In this document: positions 26,422 through 40,122 of the stretch, in pieces | Layout: the number at the start of each line of letters is the position of its first letter | Position numbering within the stretch: position 1 is the first letter of the stretch | From: Eledone cirrhosa | Taxonomy: Eukaryota | Assembly (NCBI GenBank): GCA_964016885.1 | Contig: OZ024743.1 | Location: 70,122,001-70,186,000, forward strand | DNA: 64,000 nt | Reading direction: 5' to 3' | The notes under the pieces: generated by a model | Told to the model about the DNA's origin: nothing | The model's input: the letters and a program-made list of their open reading frames with translations, nothing else | The model's database searches: none | Translations under genes and position numbers: made by a program

Positions 26422-26771
26422 GATTGTTTCATACATTGTTTCATACACTGACTACTCTAAGCTTTCCTCTTGCTTTATCTTCATAGACTGCCAACGCTTC
26501 ATGTTTATCTTTATTTTCATTCTTGCTTTTATTTTTATTTTTATTTTTATCCTGTAACCTTTACATGTAAATTGCCATGAAATATCATTTGATGAATGTC
26601 ACCCCACTGTTGATCAATATGCGCATATGTTTTATGTGTCTCTTGGGTTGAAAAGGAGGTCAAGTATGTTATAGATCAGTAAATAGTTGCTCCGAAGAAT
26701 CCAAACCTCGGTTTGGAGGAAACAATTGTAAACAAAAAAATGACTTAAACTGAACTTTGATTATTGTAATC

Positions 26772-26834
<63 letters not shown>

Positions 26835-26974
26835 GTTTACGATACTACCATGGATTTCACGGCTAGTAGCGGTTGCACCTCATCGTTCTCTCAATATGTA
26901 ATGTTATATAAAATCCCAGAGTAGACACATAGTTATTTTCTTTAACACATGTTAATGGGTACCTTCAAACTATA

Positions 26975-27065
26975 CACGTACTCGAGTTTCGGCCACACTT
27001 AATGCAGCAATGGAGTGCACAGCATCTACTGTTGCATTTATTATGCATGTGTCTTCATCAGCGGG
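26975..27065 (-). ncRNA. Type I hammerhead ribozyme with long helix II
   Basis: CCCG-CTGATGA-(AGACAC..TAAATGCA..TGCATTAAGTGTGGCC)-GAAAC-TCGA-GTA-CGTG. Confidence 0.6.
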
Positions 27066-27381
27066 TTTGGCCTAATCAACAACAAATCGATCAACGGAAT
27101 TCGATTCCAGTCCGTGTCGGCTATGACTGTGAATGTGACGGTCAGCACAGTAAAACACTAGCAACAGAAATTCCTATACTTCATCACGATGCCGTCAACC
27201 GATTGGTTATTGGTTCAGTAATTTACGTGACGGTAGGAGACGAAAATCAAATAGTTCTGCACCCGCTATAAGCACCCAACCAACTTATCTCAAACACAAT
27301 TTTAACAACCGGGTGCAAAAATCGGTTATTAGTGTAAATCGCTGTACAATCCCAAATCACAGAACAGTTTCCAATCGCTGT

Positions 27382-27489
<108 letters not shown>

Positions 27490-27550
27490 CATTTATATGT
27501 GTGTGTGTATGAGTGTGTGTGTGTCTGTGTGTGCATGTGTGTATGTGTGC

Positions 27551-27606
<56 letters not shown>

Positions 27607-27729
27607 CGAAGTGGGTGTTAGTGTGTGTTGTATTGATAATCAAGAAAAGAGAGCGAGCTATGTCATGTGATGGAGCTAATATTTATTAATTATACGTTTG
27701 ATATTGCATCATCAGCCGATGATATATCG

Positions 27730-27820
<91 letters not shown>

Positions 27821-27985
27821 GGGAAGAAGACGCACGAGGTGACGGAGGTCATGAAATCGCTCCCGTAAGTTTTGAATTTTTAACATATTTAAATCATTTG
27901 TGAAATAACAACTCTTAGTACAAATGCTACGTAAAGCACCCGGCTTGAGCCCCAAAAAATTCGGACCCAAAATATATTGTTATAA

Positions 27986-28356
27986 GGCTCAAATATTCAA
28001 ATGTTCAACTTTGTATTGTACACTGTATATCCAAAAAAAAAAAAATGGCTATAAATGGAAGAAGAAGAACCCCCCCCCCCCCTCCTCTCCTCTGGCTACA
28101 CTATATAGGACAGCTAAACTCACCAACACCAGAAACTAGATACACCGCCCACCCCATCATCTGTGTACACTAAACACAACAGCATTTTCACCTTCACCGC
28201 CACCGCTCACTACGGCCATCATTGCCACCGCTGTCCCATCACCGCCGCCACCACCCCCTGACTCCTTCACTGCTGCTGCCACCGCTACAGCACCATCACT
28301 ACAGTAATACGGCTCAAATATTCAAATATTCAACTTTGTATTGTACACTGTATATC

Positions 28357-28397
<41 letters not shown>

Positions 28398-28673
28398 AAT
28401 AAAATAAAATGGCTATAAATGGAAGAAGAAGAACCCCCCCCCCCCTCCTCTCCTCTGGCTACACTATATAGGACAGCGAAACTCACCAACACCAGAAACT
28501 AGATACACCACCCACCCCATCATCTGTGTACACTGAACACAACAGCATTTTCACCTTCACCGCCACCGCTCACTGCGGCCATCATTGCCACCGCTGTCCC
28601 ATCACCGCCGCCACCACCCCCTGACTCCTTCACTGCTGCTGCCACCGCTACAGCACCATCACTACAGTAATAC
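27986..28673 (+). repeat. Tandem duplication (~325 bp and ~363 bp) upstream of the intact retrotransposon ORF
   Basis: GGCTCAAATATTCAAAT...CTACAGTAATAC repeated; the copies differ mainly in poly-A length. Confidence 0.85.
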
Positions 28674-29244
28674 GGTCGCATCACCGCCACCGATGCCTCG
28701 GTATCGACATCACCGCCACCACTGTCTCAGTATCGCCAACGCCGCTAGTCTCTGCTGGCTACCACTTCCACATTATAGAATTCCTACTACTAACAAAGAG
28801 GAAGGCATCAAAATATATAGATAGACTCAAAAGAAAAAAGAAAAAACAAACAACAAAAGCAGCACAGCAACAACAGTAAAAAACGAGAAAAACAGAGAAA
28901 AACAAAAACAAAAAAAGAAACCCCAAAAACGTAAAGAAAATAAGAATGAAGAGAGAAGCAGGCGGACGGACAGAGAAGAGGGGGGGAAAAGTAAAACTTA
29001 AAAAACAAAAACTAAGTCGGACATTCGAATACTACATTACAATGAAACTTATGCTTATTCATTTTTGGGGCCCTTTCTGCCCGTGTGTTTGTTTGTTTAT
29101 GTGTGTCCGTATACAGCGTGGTGATAATGCCACACAAGGGCCAAGTGGGATGGCGGATCCACAGATGGCTATGTAAACATACATTCGCCAATCCTCGATA
29201 AGAGTGTTTAAATATCGAACATAAACAGTTCGAATAACGGTGAA

Positions 29245-32200
29245 ATGGAGACTAGAACGTCATGTGACAGACTCTCACCCAACAGGTGCCCCCTGGCTCA
29301 GCAGCAGGAACCTGACTGTCAACGAAATACTGCTGATGTTGGAGGAAGAAGAAGAAGGAAAGGGGCCAGAACCAACTGGACGAAAGAATTGAATAGAACT
29401 GTTATGCAATGCTACCTGAAAAGTAACCCCAAGGAGAGAGGCTACAGGAGACGGATGCATAACATCTGGAACGAGATTGGTTTATTTAAATTAGATGAAC
29501 AAAAATTGGCCGGGCAGGCTCGGGTAATAAGAACTAATGGGTGGATAAGCGAGCTGGAACTGGAGGAACTGAGCAGAGAGAATGGCTTGGAGATGGCGGG
29601 TGTAGTATGCCAGACAAGCGAGCCGGCGGGAAATGAAGGTGAGGAGGTCCTGAGAGCGAAGGAACCACCCGAAGCAGACAATGATCTGAATACTGAGATA
29701 AATAATACCTGGAACAGAGATACGGCCACTGAGGAGATGAATGCTGACGGGCTAGGACAAGATTCGGTTGACATCCTAAATTTAGTGGTAGATGAGTTGA
29801 ACAATGATAGTGGGAGACCTATGAACCTAAGATTTGTAGACAGGAAAAAGTTAAAAGAAACAACAGCTAAGGTAAACAAAGTCATCCCATACCTTGAGGC
29901 GAGGAGTCTTCACCAGTGCAACAATATCCTCAAAGCAACAGCAAATACGGTGAGGAAACTACTTGGTATAAAAGCGAGAGGAAACAACAGACAAGAAAGA
30001 GCAGAGCCGTGGTGGAAGAAGCGACTGAGTGGGCAAATCGGGGAAATGAGAAATGACATAGGAAAGCTTGAGTCACTACTGAATGGGACACTAAAAAACA
30101 TAGGCACTAAAAATAGACTGGAAATAAAATACAAAACTAGGAGTAAAAAGCTAAATATTATCATAGAGGAATTGAAGCAACGCATTGTAGCAAAGAGTGC
30201 CAAAATCAGGCGATACGAGAACAGAGTCAGTCAGTATAAACAGAACCGCATGTTCGACAACAACCAGAAGATGCTGTTTGGACAGCTTGAGGGGAAAGAA
30301 AGAGGCACCGACTTGATCCCTGGGGCGGAACAAGCTAAAACATTCTGGAGAGGAATATGGGAGCAGGATGTTAGACACAATGCCCAGGCAGGGTGGATTG
30401 AGACAGTACAGAGGGAGATCGGTGAGCAGGCACAGCAACAGACTGATTTGAGTATCACAGTTGAAACTCTTAAGGGGCAAGCCAAAAAACTAACCAACTG
30501 GAAATCACCAGGCCCAGATGGTGTGCAGGGGTATTGGATTAAACATTTAACATCCCTCCACCCGAAGCTGACGGCCATGTTCAATGACTGCTTGGTGTCG
30601 GGTGAGGTGCCAGAGTGGTTGACAAAAGGTACCACAGTTCTGATAATGAAAGACCAAATCAAGGGTAATGATGTCACCAACTATAGACCTATCACATGTC
30701 TGCCCGTAATGTGGAAACTGTTGACGAGCATTGTGTCTGAGGAAATCTACCATCACCTCCACACAAACAACTTGTTGCCGGACGAACAGAAAGGATGCCG
30801 AAAGAAGTCACGTGGTACAAAGGACCAGTTGCTTATTGATAAGATGGTAATGGGGAATTGCAGGAGGAGACACACTGATCTTGCCATGGGATGGATAGAC
30901 TACAGAAAGGCATTTGACATGGTGCCTCATTCCTGGATCACCAAAAGCCTGGAGATCTTCAGGGTGGCAGATAACATCAGACAGTTGCTGGGCAGGAGTA
31001 TGGGGTCCTGGGAGACAGAGTTGACATCAACTGGAGTATCCTTGGGAAGCGTGAAGATCAAGAGAGGTATCTTCCAGGGAGATAGCCTGTCCCCTCTGTT
31101 GTTTGTCCTTGCCCTGATGCCCTTGACCATTATGCTGCGAAAAGTGAGAGCAGGATACAAGTTGGGAAGGGGAGAGCTTACCATCAATCACCTCCTCTTC
31201 ATGGACGACCTTAAGCTCTTCGGGAAAAGTGAGAAGGAGTTGGATGTGCTTGTTGACACTGTCCGTATTTTCAGCAGTGATATATGTATGCAGTTTGGTA
31301 TTGGTAAATGTGGAGTCATTGTGATGAGGAGGGGTAGGTTGAGCAGAAGTAACGGGATCCAGATACCAACAGGTGAGATGATAAAGGAAATTGACTCTGA
31401 GGAAGGATACAAGTATTTGGGCGTTCTGGAGGCTGATGGCATAAAGAACAAAAAAATGAAGGAATTGTTAAGAACTGAATACATTCGGAGAGTAAGGAGC
31501 GTATTGAAGTCACATCTGAACAGCAGAAATGCCATAAGCGCAGTAAATTCCCGAGCTGTGTCTATTATTAGGTACAGTGCGGGAATTCTGAGATGGAATG
31601 TTGCTGAACAAAAAGAAATGGATAGGAAGACTAGGAAGCTATTGACTATCTACAACATGTTCCACAAGAGGAGTGATGTCGATAGACTCTACCTAAGGAG
31701 ATCTGAGGGTGGAAGAGGTCTTATCAGCATAGAGGACTGTGTTCAGATGGAGAAAAACAACCTATACAAATACGTGACCTATAGTAAGGAGCCAATGCTC
31801 AGAGCTGTACTGAAGGAGGGGACAGTAGGCCAGGGGATACCCAAGGAGGAAATAACATCAAGGAGGAAGAGCAGCCTTAAGGGAAAATCCCTTCATAGTA
31901 CCTTCTTTGAGAAAACTGAATTTAGAGATCCACAGACATGGAACTGGTTGAGAAGAGGAGACCTCAAAAAGGCTACAGAAGGAATGCTAATGGCTGCGCA
32001 GGAGCAGGCCCTCAAAACGAAGTGGTTGAAGCACCATATCTACAAGGAGGAGGCTAGCCCACTGTGCAGGATCTGTGGAGAGAGAGAGGAGACTGTGGCT
32101 CACATTGTGTCCGAGTGTAAACACCTAGCCCAGACCCACTATAAGGGCTGGAGACACGATGTGATGGGCAGGGTGATCCACTGGCACCTGTGCAAAGTAA

Positions 32201-32637
32201 ACAATCTACCACATTCTGAGAAATGGTATGAGCATAGGCCAGAGGCGGTGATGGAGAACAATCAGGTGAAGGTGCTGTGGGATTTTAGGATACAGACGGA
32301 CAAAAAACTGGAACACAATAGACCTGACCTGGTGGTTGTGGACAAAGAAAAAAGATCGTGCCTGATTGTGGATGTGGCCTGCCCGTTCGACACGAGAGTG
32401 CAAGAGAAGGAGAGGGAGAAAATTAACCGATACCAGGACCTAAAGTGGGAGGTGAAAAGGATTTGGAACTGCCATGAAGTCAAAGTGATCCCGATTGTCA
32501 TAGGCGCACTGGGGACTATCTCCAAAGGTTTCCAGGGATGGTTAAAGAAAATCGGCCCCTTCACGCTTTTTGGAACGCTTCAAAAGGCATGCTTGCTTGG
32601 AACGGCAAGAACCCTCCGATACGTCCTGAATATCTGA
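29245..32637 (+). CDS. R4/Dong-clade non-LTR retrotransposon ORF (RT, CCHC knuckle, restriction-like endonuclease), intact
   Basis: 1130 aa; NYRPITCL, DYRKAFDMV, GIFQGDSLSP, FMDD, YKYLG, CRIC..H..C, RHD, RPD..D..EK..Y; ~75-bp 3' UTR then (TAA)n. Confidence 0.95.
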   Translation: METRTSCDRLSPNRCPLAQQQEPDCQRNTADVGGRRRRKGARTNWTKELNRTVMQCYLKSNPKERGYRRRMHNIWNEIGLFKLDEQKLAGQARVIRTNGWISELELEELSRENGLEMAGVVCQTSEPAGNEGEEVLRAKEPPEADNDLNTEINNTWNRDTATEEMNADGLGQDSVDILNLVVDELNNDSGRPMNLRFVDRKKLKETTAKVNKVIPYLEARSLHQCNNILKATANTVRKLLGIKARGNNRQERAEPWWKKRLSGQIGEMRNDIGKLESLLNGTLKNIGTKNRLEIKYKTRSKKLNIIIEELKQRIVAKSAKIRRYENRVSQYKQNRMFDNNQKMLFGQLEGKERGTDLIPGAEQAKTFWRGIWEQDVRHNAQAGWIETVQREIGEQAQQQTDLSITVETLKGQAKKLTNWKSPGPDGVQGYWIKHLTSLHPKLTAMFNDCLVSGEVPEWLTKGTTVLIMKDQIKGNDVTNYRPITCLPVMWKLLTSIVSEEIYHHLHTNNLLPDEQKGCRKKSRGTKDQLLIDKMVMGNCRRRHTDLAMGWIDYRKAFDMVPHSWITKSLEIFRVADNIRQLLGRSMGSWETELTSTGVSLGSVKIKRGIFQGDSLSPLLFVLALMPLTIMLRKVRAGYKLGRGELTINHLLFMDDLKLFGKSEKELDVLVDTVRIFSSDICMQFGIGKCGVIVMRRGRLSRSNGIQIPTGEMIKEIDSEEGYKYLGVLEADGIKNKKMKELLRTEYIRRVRSVLKSHLNSRNAISAVNSRAVSIIRYSAGILRWNVAEQKEMDRKTRKLLTIYNMFHKRSDVDRLYLRRSEGGRGLISIEDCVQMEKNNLYKYVTYSKEPMLRAVLKEGTVGQGIPKEEITSRRKSSLKGKSLHSTFFEKTEFRDPQTWNWLRRGDLKKATEGMLMAAQEQALKTKWLKHHIYKEEASPLCRICGEREETVAHIVSECKHLAQTHYKGWRHDVMGRVIHWHLCKVNNLPHSEKWYEHRPEAVMENNQVKVLWDFRIQTDKKLEHNRPDLVVVDKEKRSCLIVDVACPFDTRVQEKEREKINRYQDLKWEVKRIWNCHEVKVIPIVIGALGTISKGFQGWLKKIGPFTLFGTLQKACLLGTARTLRYVLNI

Positions 32638-32746
32638 GGCTGCAGGTAGTGGCTTGATATTCAATCCAACGGACTTTCCAGTTAACCAACATCAATGACT
32701 GAGATTCAAGGAATAACAATAACAATAATAATAATAATAATAATAA

Positions 32747-33696
32747 TACAGAAAAAGCAAAGCAGGTAAAAGTAACTGCAAAGAAAGAACTGCTACAGAA
32801 ACTGGCTAAGAAATGGCAAGAAAAGCCTGTATGGAAAATACCCAGAAAGAGCTAACAATCCTGATGTTGACAAAACTTTAACCCATCAGTGGTTGGCATC
32901 CTCTGGACTGAAATCGGAGACTGAAGGACTGATTATATCGGCACAAGATCAGTGTCTGCCAACAAAAAATTACCAAGCCAACATAATAAAAAATGGGTGC
33001 AGCCCATTATGCCGTGTATGCAAAAAACAACCAGAGACCATTGACCATATAATTTCAATGTGCAATCCTATAGCTCCAACCGAATACCTAAACAGGCATG
33101 ACAGAGCTGCACAATACATACATTGGATAATGTGTAAGCATTTTGACCTGCCCCATCAAAAGAATTACTTGAAAAAGATCACATCTCAATCTTGTGGAAC
33201 TTTAGCACCCAAACAGACCGAAAAATAGATGCAAACAGACCTGATATAATATTGAAAGACTTTCAAAAGAGGGTATGCCTGCTAATTGATATGTCTGTTC
33301 CAATAGACAAGAATGTATCTATAAAAACATTTGAAAAATTGAGCAAGTATAAGGACCTGGAGATAGAAATTGGAAAAATGTGGAAATTGAGAACTAAAAC
33401 AATACCAGTGGTTGTAGGCGCTCTGGGAATGATACCTAAGGGGTCTAATGATTACATATCGCAAATCCCAGGAAACCCGCGTATAGGAGAAATACAAAAG
33501 ATAGTACTAATAGGAACTGCCCATATACTAAGGAAGATTCTGTCAATATAAGTACATCACAAGTCTAAACACTAAAGATGCATGTGTGAATAAGTATGTT
33601 CTTTCTTGAACATGGCGGACCTTGTTGTCTCTTGAGGTCACTGGTTGTGACTTGGTGATAACTCGTATGAACATAAAGCAAGATAAATGCAACTGT
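32747..33696 (+). mobile_element. 3' fragment of a second R4/Dong family
   Basis: Nearly identical to 37708-38686; CRVC..H..C and RPD; ends in (TAA)n. Confidence 0.9.
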
Positions 33697-33709
33697 AATA
33701 ATAATAATA

Positions 33710-34382
33710 CAAGGAGGGGGCTAGCCCACTGTGCAGGATCTGTGGAGAGAGAGAGGAGACTGTGGCGCACATTGTATCCGAGTGTAAACACCTAGCCCAG
33801 ACTCACTATAAAGGCTGGAGACATGATGTGATAGGCAGGGTGATCCACTGGCATCTATGTAGTGTAAACAATTCACCACATTCTGAGAAGTGGTATGAGC
33901 ATAAGCTAGAGTCGGTGATAGAAAACGATCAGGTGAAGGTGCTGTGGGATTTTAGGATACAGACGGACAAGAAACTGGAATACAATAGACCTGACCTGGT
34001 GGTTTTGGACAAGGAAAAAAGATCGTGCCTGATTGTGGATGTGGCCTGACCATTCGACAGGAAAGTGCAAGAGAAAGAGAGGGAGAAAATTAAACGATAC
34101 CAGGACTTAAAGTGGGAGGTAAAAATGATTTGGAACTGCCATGAAGTCAAAGTGGTCCCGATTGTCATAGGCGCACTAGGGACTATGTCAAAAGGTTTCC
34201 AGGGATGGTTAAAGAAAATTGGCCCCGCCACGCTTTTTGGAACGCTTCAAAAGGCATGCTTACTGGGAACAGCAAGAACACTCCGATACGTCCTGAATAT
34301 CTGAGGCTGCAGGTAGTGGCTTGATATTCATTTCAACAAAATTTCCAGTTAACTAACATCAATGACTGAGACTCAAAGAACA
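33710..34382 (+). mobile_element. 3' fragment of the intact R4/Dong family
   Basis: Closely matches 32044-32712, with an in-frame stop; ends in (TAA)n. Confidence 0.9.
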
Positions 34383-34396
34383 ATAATAATAATAAT

Positions 34397-34540
34397 TGTT
34401 TCTAGTATTGGCACAAGGCCAGTAATTACCCAGTACATTACTGGTACTTTATTTTATCTACCCCGTAAGGATGAAAGGCAAAGTTAACCTCGGCGGGATT
34501 TGAACTCAGAATGAAATGGGCCGTAACTCTATGCGTCAAA
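34397..34540 (-). mobile_element. SINE family 1
   Basis: Same sequence as 1-91. Confidence 0.8.
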
Positions 34541-34570
34541 CAATAATAATACTAATAATAATAATAATAA

Positions 34571-37500
34571 TCTCCCCTTCCCCTCCAACAATAGAAAAAG
34601 CCCCAGCACCACCACCGACATAGCCAACAACAATAACAGGCAACTTCAACAAAAAGTATATTATATTATTAATAATAATTTTATTGTTAAGCCACGCAAT
34701 GCTCACATTAAGGAACTACTCATGATAATAACAATTTAAAAAACAACAAAAAAGAAAACCCCGTGACCAAGAAATACCGGGATGGCGGCCGGCGGGGAAT
34801 AGCGGTGTCTCTAGGGGAGGACGTCCCCTCTAGTCTTGGTTGACACTCGTCCTAGAAGTGGTAACACGAAATGATTACCCCTTGGTGGTTAAGGATAAAA
34901 CGCGACAAAATAAAGTAAATGTCAAATGATAAAATCTCATACCGGATCGGCCCTCACCCGGGTCAAAAAGGGCCGCCTCCCTCAGAGAGGAACCAGACTG
35001 GGGTCGAAAAATCAGCTAATGGTTCAAACCTTCCCATCACTTTGGAGCTGGAGACCTCCCATAACCGGAATACTCCTACTGTTGGCCCTCCATGCTCACC
35101 ACCAAGAAATCCAAAGAAAAAGAGAGAAAAATGGTCAAGGGAAGATAATAAAGAAGTCCTTGAGGCCTTCTACACTGTCCTGTACTACCCATCAAATAGA
35201 TCGAATACAGAACAGACATATATCAACTGGATAAAGAAACATCCCTAAAACAGAGGCTATATTGACAGTAACAAACTAGCCAATATACGAAGAAATATTG
35301 TTAAAAAAAGTTACAAATTGATATAGAAATTGATCAGATCAAGCTATTAGCACAAAGTCAGCGAAGGGAAAATGAAACATGTGTCAGTGAAAACGAGGTA
35401 AATTGTAACACTTCGAATCCCAGGTTTGGGGCGGAATCACTGACAACAGAACAAATTAAAGAAAGGATCGAAAAAGTGGAGGGAGTTCATGCTCAAGATA
35501 AAACTCAAAATGAAAACAATGAGATCGTAAATGATAAGGAAATGAATGAGAATGAACTTGCCAACTTGAAGGATGAAATTATGATCGAATGGATGAAAAT
35601 GAAAGAATCTGACATGGGGGAACGAGACAACCTCCCTAAGATCCAGAACTCCAAACAGAACCAAAAGACTAACATAATTCTCAAAAACATTATCATCACA
35701 AACAAACTAAACATTACTGATTTAAATCATCTGTATTATGTATCGGCTAAAGTCAACACTCACTTATGTGGAGTGAAAATGAAAAAACAAAGGAATTCCC
35801 ACAAGAAATCTACTTGGCAAGAGAACATCAATCGCCAAATAAACCTTCTCCGATCTGACATAAAAATCTTAACAAACTACAATGTAGGTGAACATGTTAA
35901 ACAAACTAAACTTAGAAAATCGAAAAGAAAATACAGTATAAAATCAACAAGTGACATAGACATGCTGATAGAAATAATCAAGCAAAAATTGTCGGCCAAA
36001 GCTGCTCGTATAAGGCGCTTTGAAAAACGATCTAGATTCTATAAGGACAATAATATGTTCAAAAACAACCAAAGGGGCTTCTACAGAAATATTGGCAAGT
36101 CAACAATAACTGCTAAATCAATACCACCCAAGGAGGAAGTGCAAGAATTCTGGGAAAAGATCTGGGCCGAAGAAAAAGTTCATAATATACAGGCCCCATG
36201 GATAGACAGACAAATGAAAGATACAGCTCACCTTGAGGAACAAATATGGGAAAATATAACAGTTGAACAGTTGTGTTTGGCTCTTAGAAAAACCAGCAAA
36301 TGGAAATCCCCAGGAAAATACAAAATACTAAATTTTTGGATAAATGCCTTCACAGGGTCTCATGAGCTGTTAGCCCAACTTTACAATGAAATAGTTAAGG
36401 AGCCAGAAAAGATACCATCATGGCTAGTTAACGGCATTACATTCTTGCTTCAGAAGAATGATGAGACAAACAATCCCCAAAATTACAGACTGATAACTTG
36501 CTTGACCACAATGTATGAAATTTTAACATCAGTCCTAACTGAATATACATATGACCACCTGATAACAAATGACCTATTTCCCAATGAGCAGAAAGAGTGT
36601 AAACGAGGCTCATATGGCTGTAAGTATCAGCTTTTGGTTAACAAAATGATACTAGAAGATTGTCATAATAGACACAAAAATCTATCAATTGCTTGGATAG
36701 ATTATAAAAAAGCATTCGATAGTTTTCCAGACAGTTGGATTGAAAAATGTTTAGAGATTTTCAAAATATCTCCGTTGTCAGGAGGTTCTTGTCATTCCGT
36801 ATGAAGACATGGAAAACGACACTCCTTTTGAATAGTGAAACAAAATCACTGGAAGCTGGAGAAGTTAATATTAATTGTGGAATTTTTCAGGGTGAATCTT
36901 TATCACCACTTTTATTCTGCATCGCACTTATACCATTAAGTAAAATGCTCAATGAAACAAAACATGGATATAAAGTCTATGACAAAACCATTAATCACTT
37001 GTTCTACATGGATGACCTGAAACTATTTGCAAAAAATGATGAACAATTGCAAGGACTATTATCCACTGTGGAGCAGTTCAATGATGACATTAAAATGGAG
37101 TTTGGACTAGATAAATGCGCCAAAGCAACGTTCACCAGAGGAAAGCTGCTGAAAAGTTCAGACATTAATCTTGATCGGGGGAATGTGATAAGAGAACTTG
37201 ATCAAGAGGAAACTTACAAATATCTAGGTGTTTGTGAAGGAGACGGAATCAAGCACTCGACAATGAGGGAAAGGATAAGGAAGGAATGTTACCGCAGAGT
37301 AAGAGCAATCTTAAGAACGGTATTGAATCGATGCCATAAACACGCTTGCCATACCAGTAGTAACCTACAGTTACAATGTCATCAACTGGTCAAGCACAGA
37401 GATCCGTAGGCTCGATACAAAAATTAGAAAATTCTTAACCATGCACAGAATGCATCACCCTAAGGCAGATACAGATAGAATATATCTCCCTAGGAAAGAA

Positions 37501-38684
37501 GGAGGACGTGGGTTAATCCAGTTAGATATTGCGTTGAAAACTGCAACAAATGGATTATCTACATATCTAAGGGACTCACATGATTGGATGATCAAACTCG
37601 TTTTGAAACACGAAAGCATCAAAAGATCATACTCCATTACAAAAGATGCACAAAGATACAGTAATAGACTACAAATTTCAGAAGTCCCATTTACTGCTGA
37701 AATAGAAAACACAGAAAAAGCAAAGCAGGTAAAAGTAACTGCAAAGAAAGAACTGCTACAGAAACTGGCTAAGAAATGGCAAGAAAAGCCTCTGTATGGA
37801 AAATACCCAGAAAGAGCTAACAATCCTGATGTTGACAAAACTTTAACCCATCAGTGGTTGGCATCCTCTGGACTGAAATCGGAGACTGAAGGACTGATTA
37901 TATCAGCATAAGATCAGTGTCTGCCAACAAAATATTACCAAGCCAACATAATAAAAAATGGATGTAACCCATTGTGCCGTGTATGTAAAAAAACAACCAG
38001 AGACCATTGAGCATATAATTTCAATGTGCTGTCATATAGCTCCAACCGAATACCTAAACAGGCACGACAGAGCTGCACAATTCATACATTGGATAATGTG
38101 TAAGCATTTTGACCTGCCCCATCAAAAGAATTGGTGGGAGCATCAACCACCTCCCATACTTGAAAAAGACCACATCTCAATCTTGTGGAACTTTAGCATC
38201 CAAACAGACCGAAAAATAGATGCAAATAGACCTGATATAATACTGAAGGACTTTAAAAAGAGGGTATGCCTGCTAATTGATATGTCCGTTCCAATAGACA
38301 AGAATGTATCTATAAAAACTTTTGAAAAATTGAGCAAGTATAAGGACCTGGAGATAGAAATTGGAAAAATGTGGAAATTGAGAACTAAAACAATACCAGT
38401 GGTTGTAGGCGCTCTAGGAATGATATCTAAGGGGTCTAATGATTACTTATCGCAAATCCCAGGAAACCTGCATATAGGAGAAATACAAAAGATAGTACTA
38501 ATGGGAACTGCCCATATACTAAGGAAGATTCTGTCAATAAAAGTACATCACAAGTCTAAACACTAAAGATGCATGTGTGAATAAGTATGTTCTTTCTTGA
38601 ACATGGCGGACCTTGTTGTCTCTTGAGGTCACTGTTTGTGACTTGGTGATAACTCGTATGAACATAAAGCAAGATAAATGCAAC

Positions 38685-38686
<2 letters not shown>
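34571..38686 (+). mobile_element. Near full-length degenerate R4/Dong-clade element (second family)
   Basis: ORF pieces 34919-38566 with DYKKAFDS, GIFQGESLSP, YMDD, RHD and RPD; frameshifts and stops; (TAA)n on both sides. Confidence 0.92.
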
Positions 38687-38720
<34 letters not shown>

Positions 38721-38907
38721 TATAATAATATGTATATGATAATATATCAGGGTATATATATATAGATATTTCTGTGTGTGTGTGTACATATATAAATGAA
38801 TAAATATATATATACTTAGGTTAATAGGAGTTAGGTATTGTATACCCGTGTCCCATTAAGGTATTGGCAGCATAATACTTAGCTCTATGCTTTGGAGCAG
38901 AGCCGTA

Positions 38908-40122
38908 TATATGATAAAGAACACAAGAGCGTCTACAACATCAAAAGATTTTTATTGGCTTACAATGTTTCTTCCTTACGTAACCGTAGGATTTGTCAGA
39001 GCTATAAAAGGGGTTTGATTGGTGTTATGGACTCTACCAACCAAACATTCAAGAATAAAGAGTAAAGAGAGTAAAGAGCAAAAGCAGGGGACGATAAGTC
39101 TAATTTTGGTGCGGGAAGGTGGGGTTTGGGTCCTTGTTTACTAGCTGTGGTCATATTCATTCCCGGGTTAGTTGAGCCATAGATGGGGTGGCGTCGATAG
39201 TAGGGTGCAGAGGGTGTGCAGAGGCTACACACACACAAAAGGCATACAATATATATATAATGGAGGAGGTAATTAGAAATGGAAAAAGAGTAATAATAAT
39301 AATCTATAATTAATAATGTATAATAAGGCATGGGGAAGATTACACTATAATAAGGTATAAAAGTAAGAATAAGGTAAAATATAAAGGAGGATAAAAGTGA
39401 AAATAAGAATAAAGATAAAAAATATATATAAAAAATATATAGAGAATATATAAAGAAATATAAGCAAGTATTAGAAGGGGAAAACACAATGTAAATAAAA
39501 AAAATAAATAAAAAAAAACCGATCTTTTCAAACAAAAATATTATAAATATAGGGGGAGAAAACGGGATAGAGAAATATAATCAAATGTGATTATTTGAGA
39601 GAATATAAGATGATAATAGTTATGGCAAGTTTATACATCCTAATAATAAACAATCTGTATATCAGAGTTACACATCCTTCAATTCACCTGCAGGTTCAAG
39701 CCACGTGGCATAGTCCATTGTTCATCCGTGCGGTCATGTGCGTTTGTTTTTGACACCACAGCAGATGCACAAGTTTGTAAATTCCAATGCAGATAGAAAT
39801 CTATTTTTGCTCACCCAGACATTGACGGAGGATCCAATATTCCTAGTTCAATATGTGTGTGGTGTTATTTTGGTCGCGGGAATGAATATGACCACAGCTA
39901 GTAAACAAGGACCCAAACCCCACCTTCCCGCACCAAAATTAGACTTATCGTCCCCTGCTTTTGCTCTTTACTCTTTGTTCTTGAATGTTTGGTTGGTAGA
40001 GTCCATAACACCAATCAAACCCCTTTTATAGCTCTGACAAATCCTATGGTTACGTAAGGAAGAAACATTGTAAGCCAATAAAAATCTTTTGATGTAGACG
40101 CTTTTGTGTTCTTTATCATATA
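38908..40122. mobile_element. Penelope-like tail with inverted duplication (family J)
   Basis: About 250-bp arms at 38908-39165 and 39877-40122; HHR-like GCT-CTGACAA-ATCCT..AGGAA-GAAAC-ATT-GTA-AGC at 38958-39002 (-) and 40031-40075 (+). Confidence 0.7.

Noticed and set aside
29275-38337. Antisense ORFs over the retrotransposons
   Set aside because: Shadow frames of the RT ORFs with no independent motifs.
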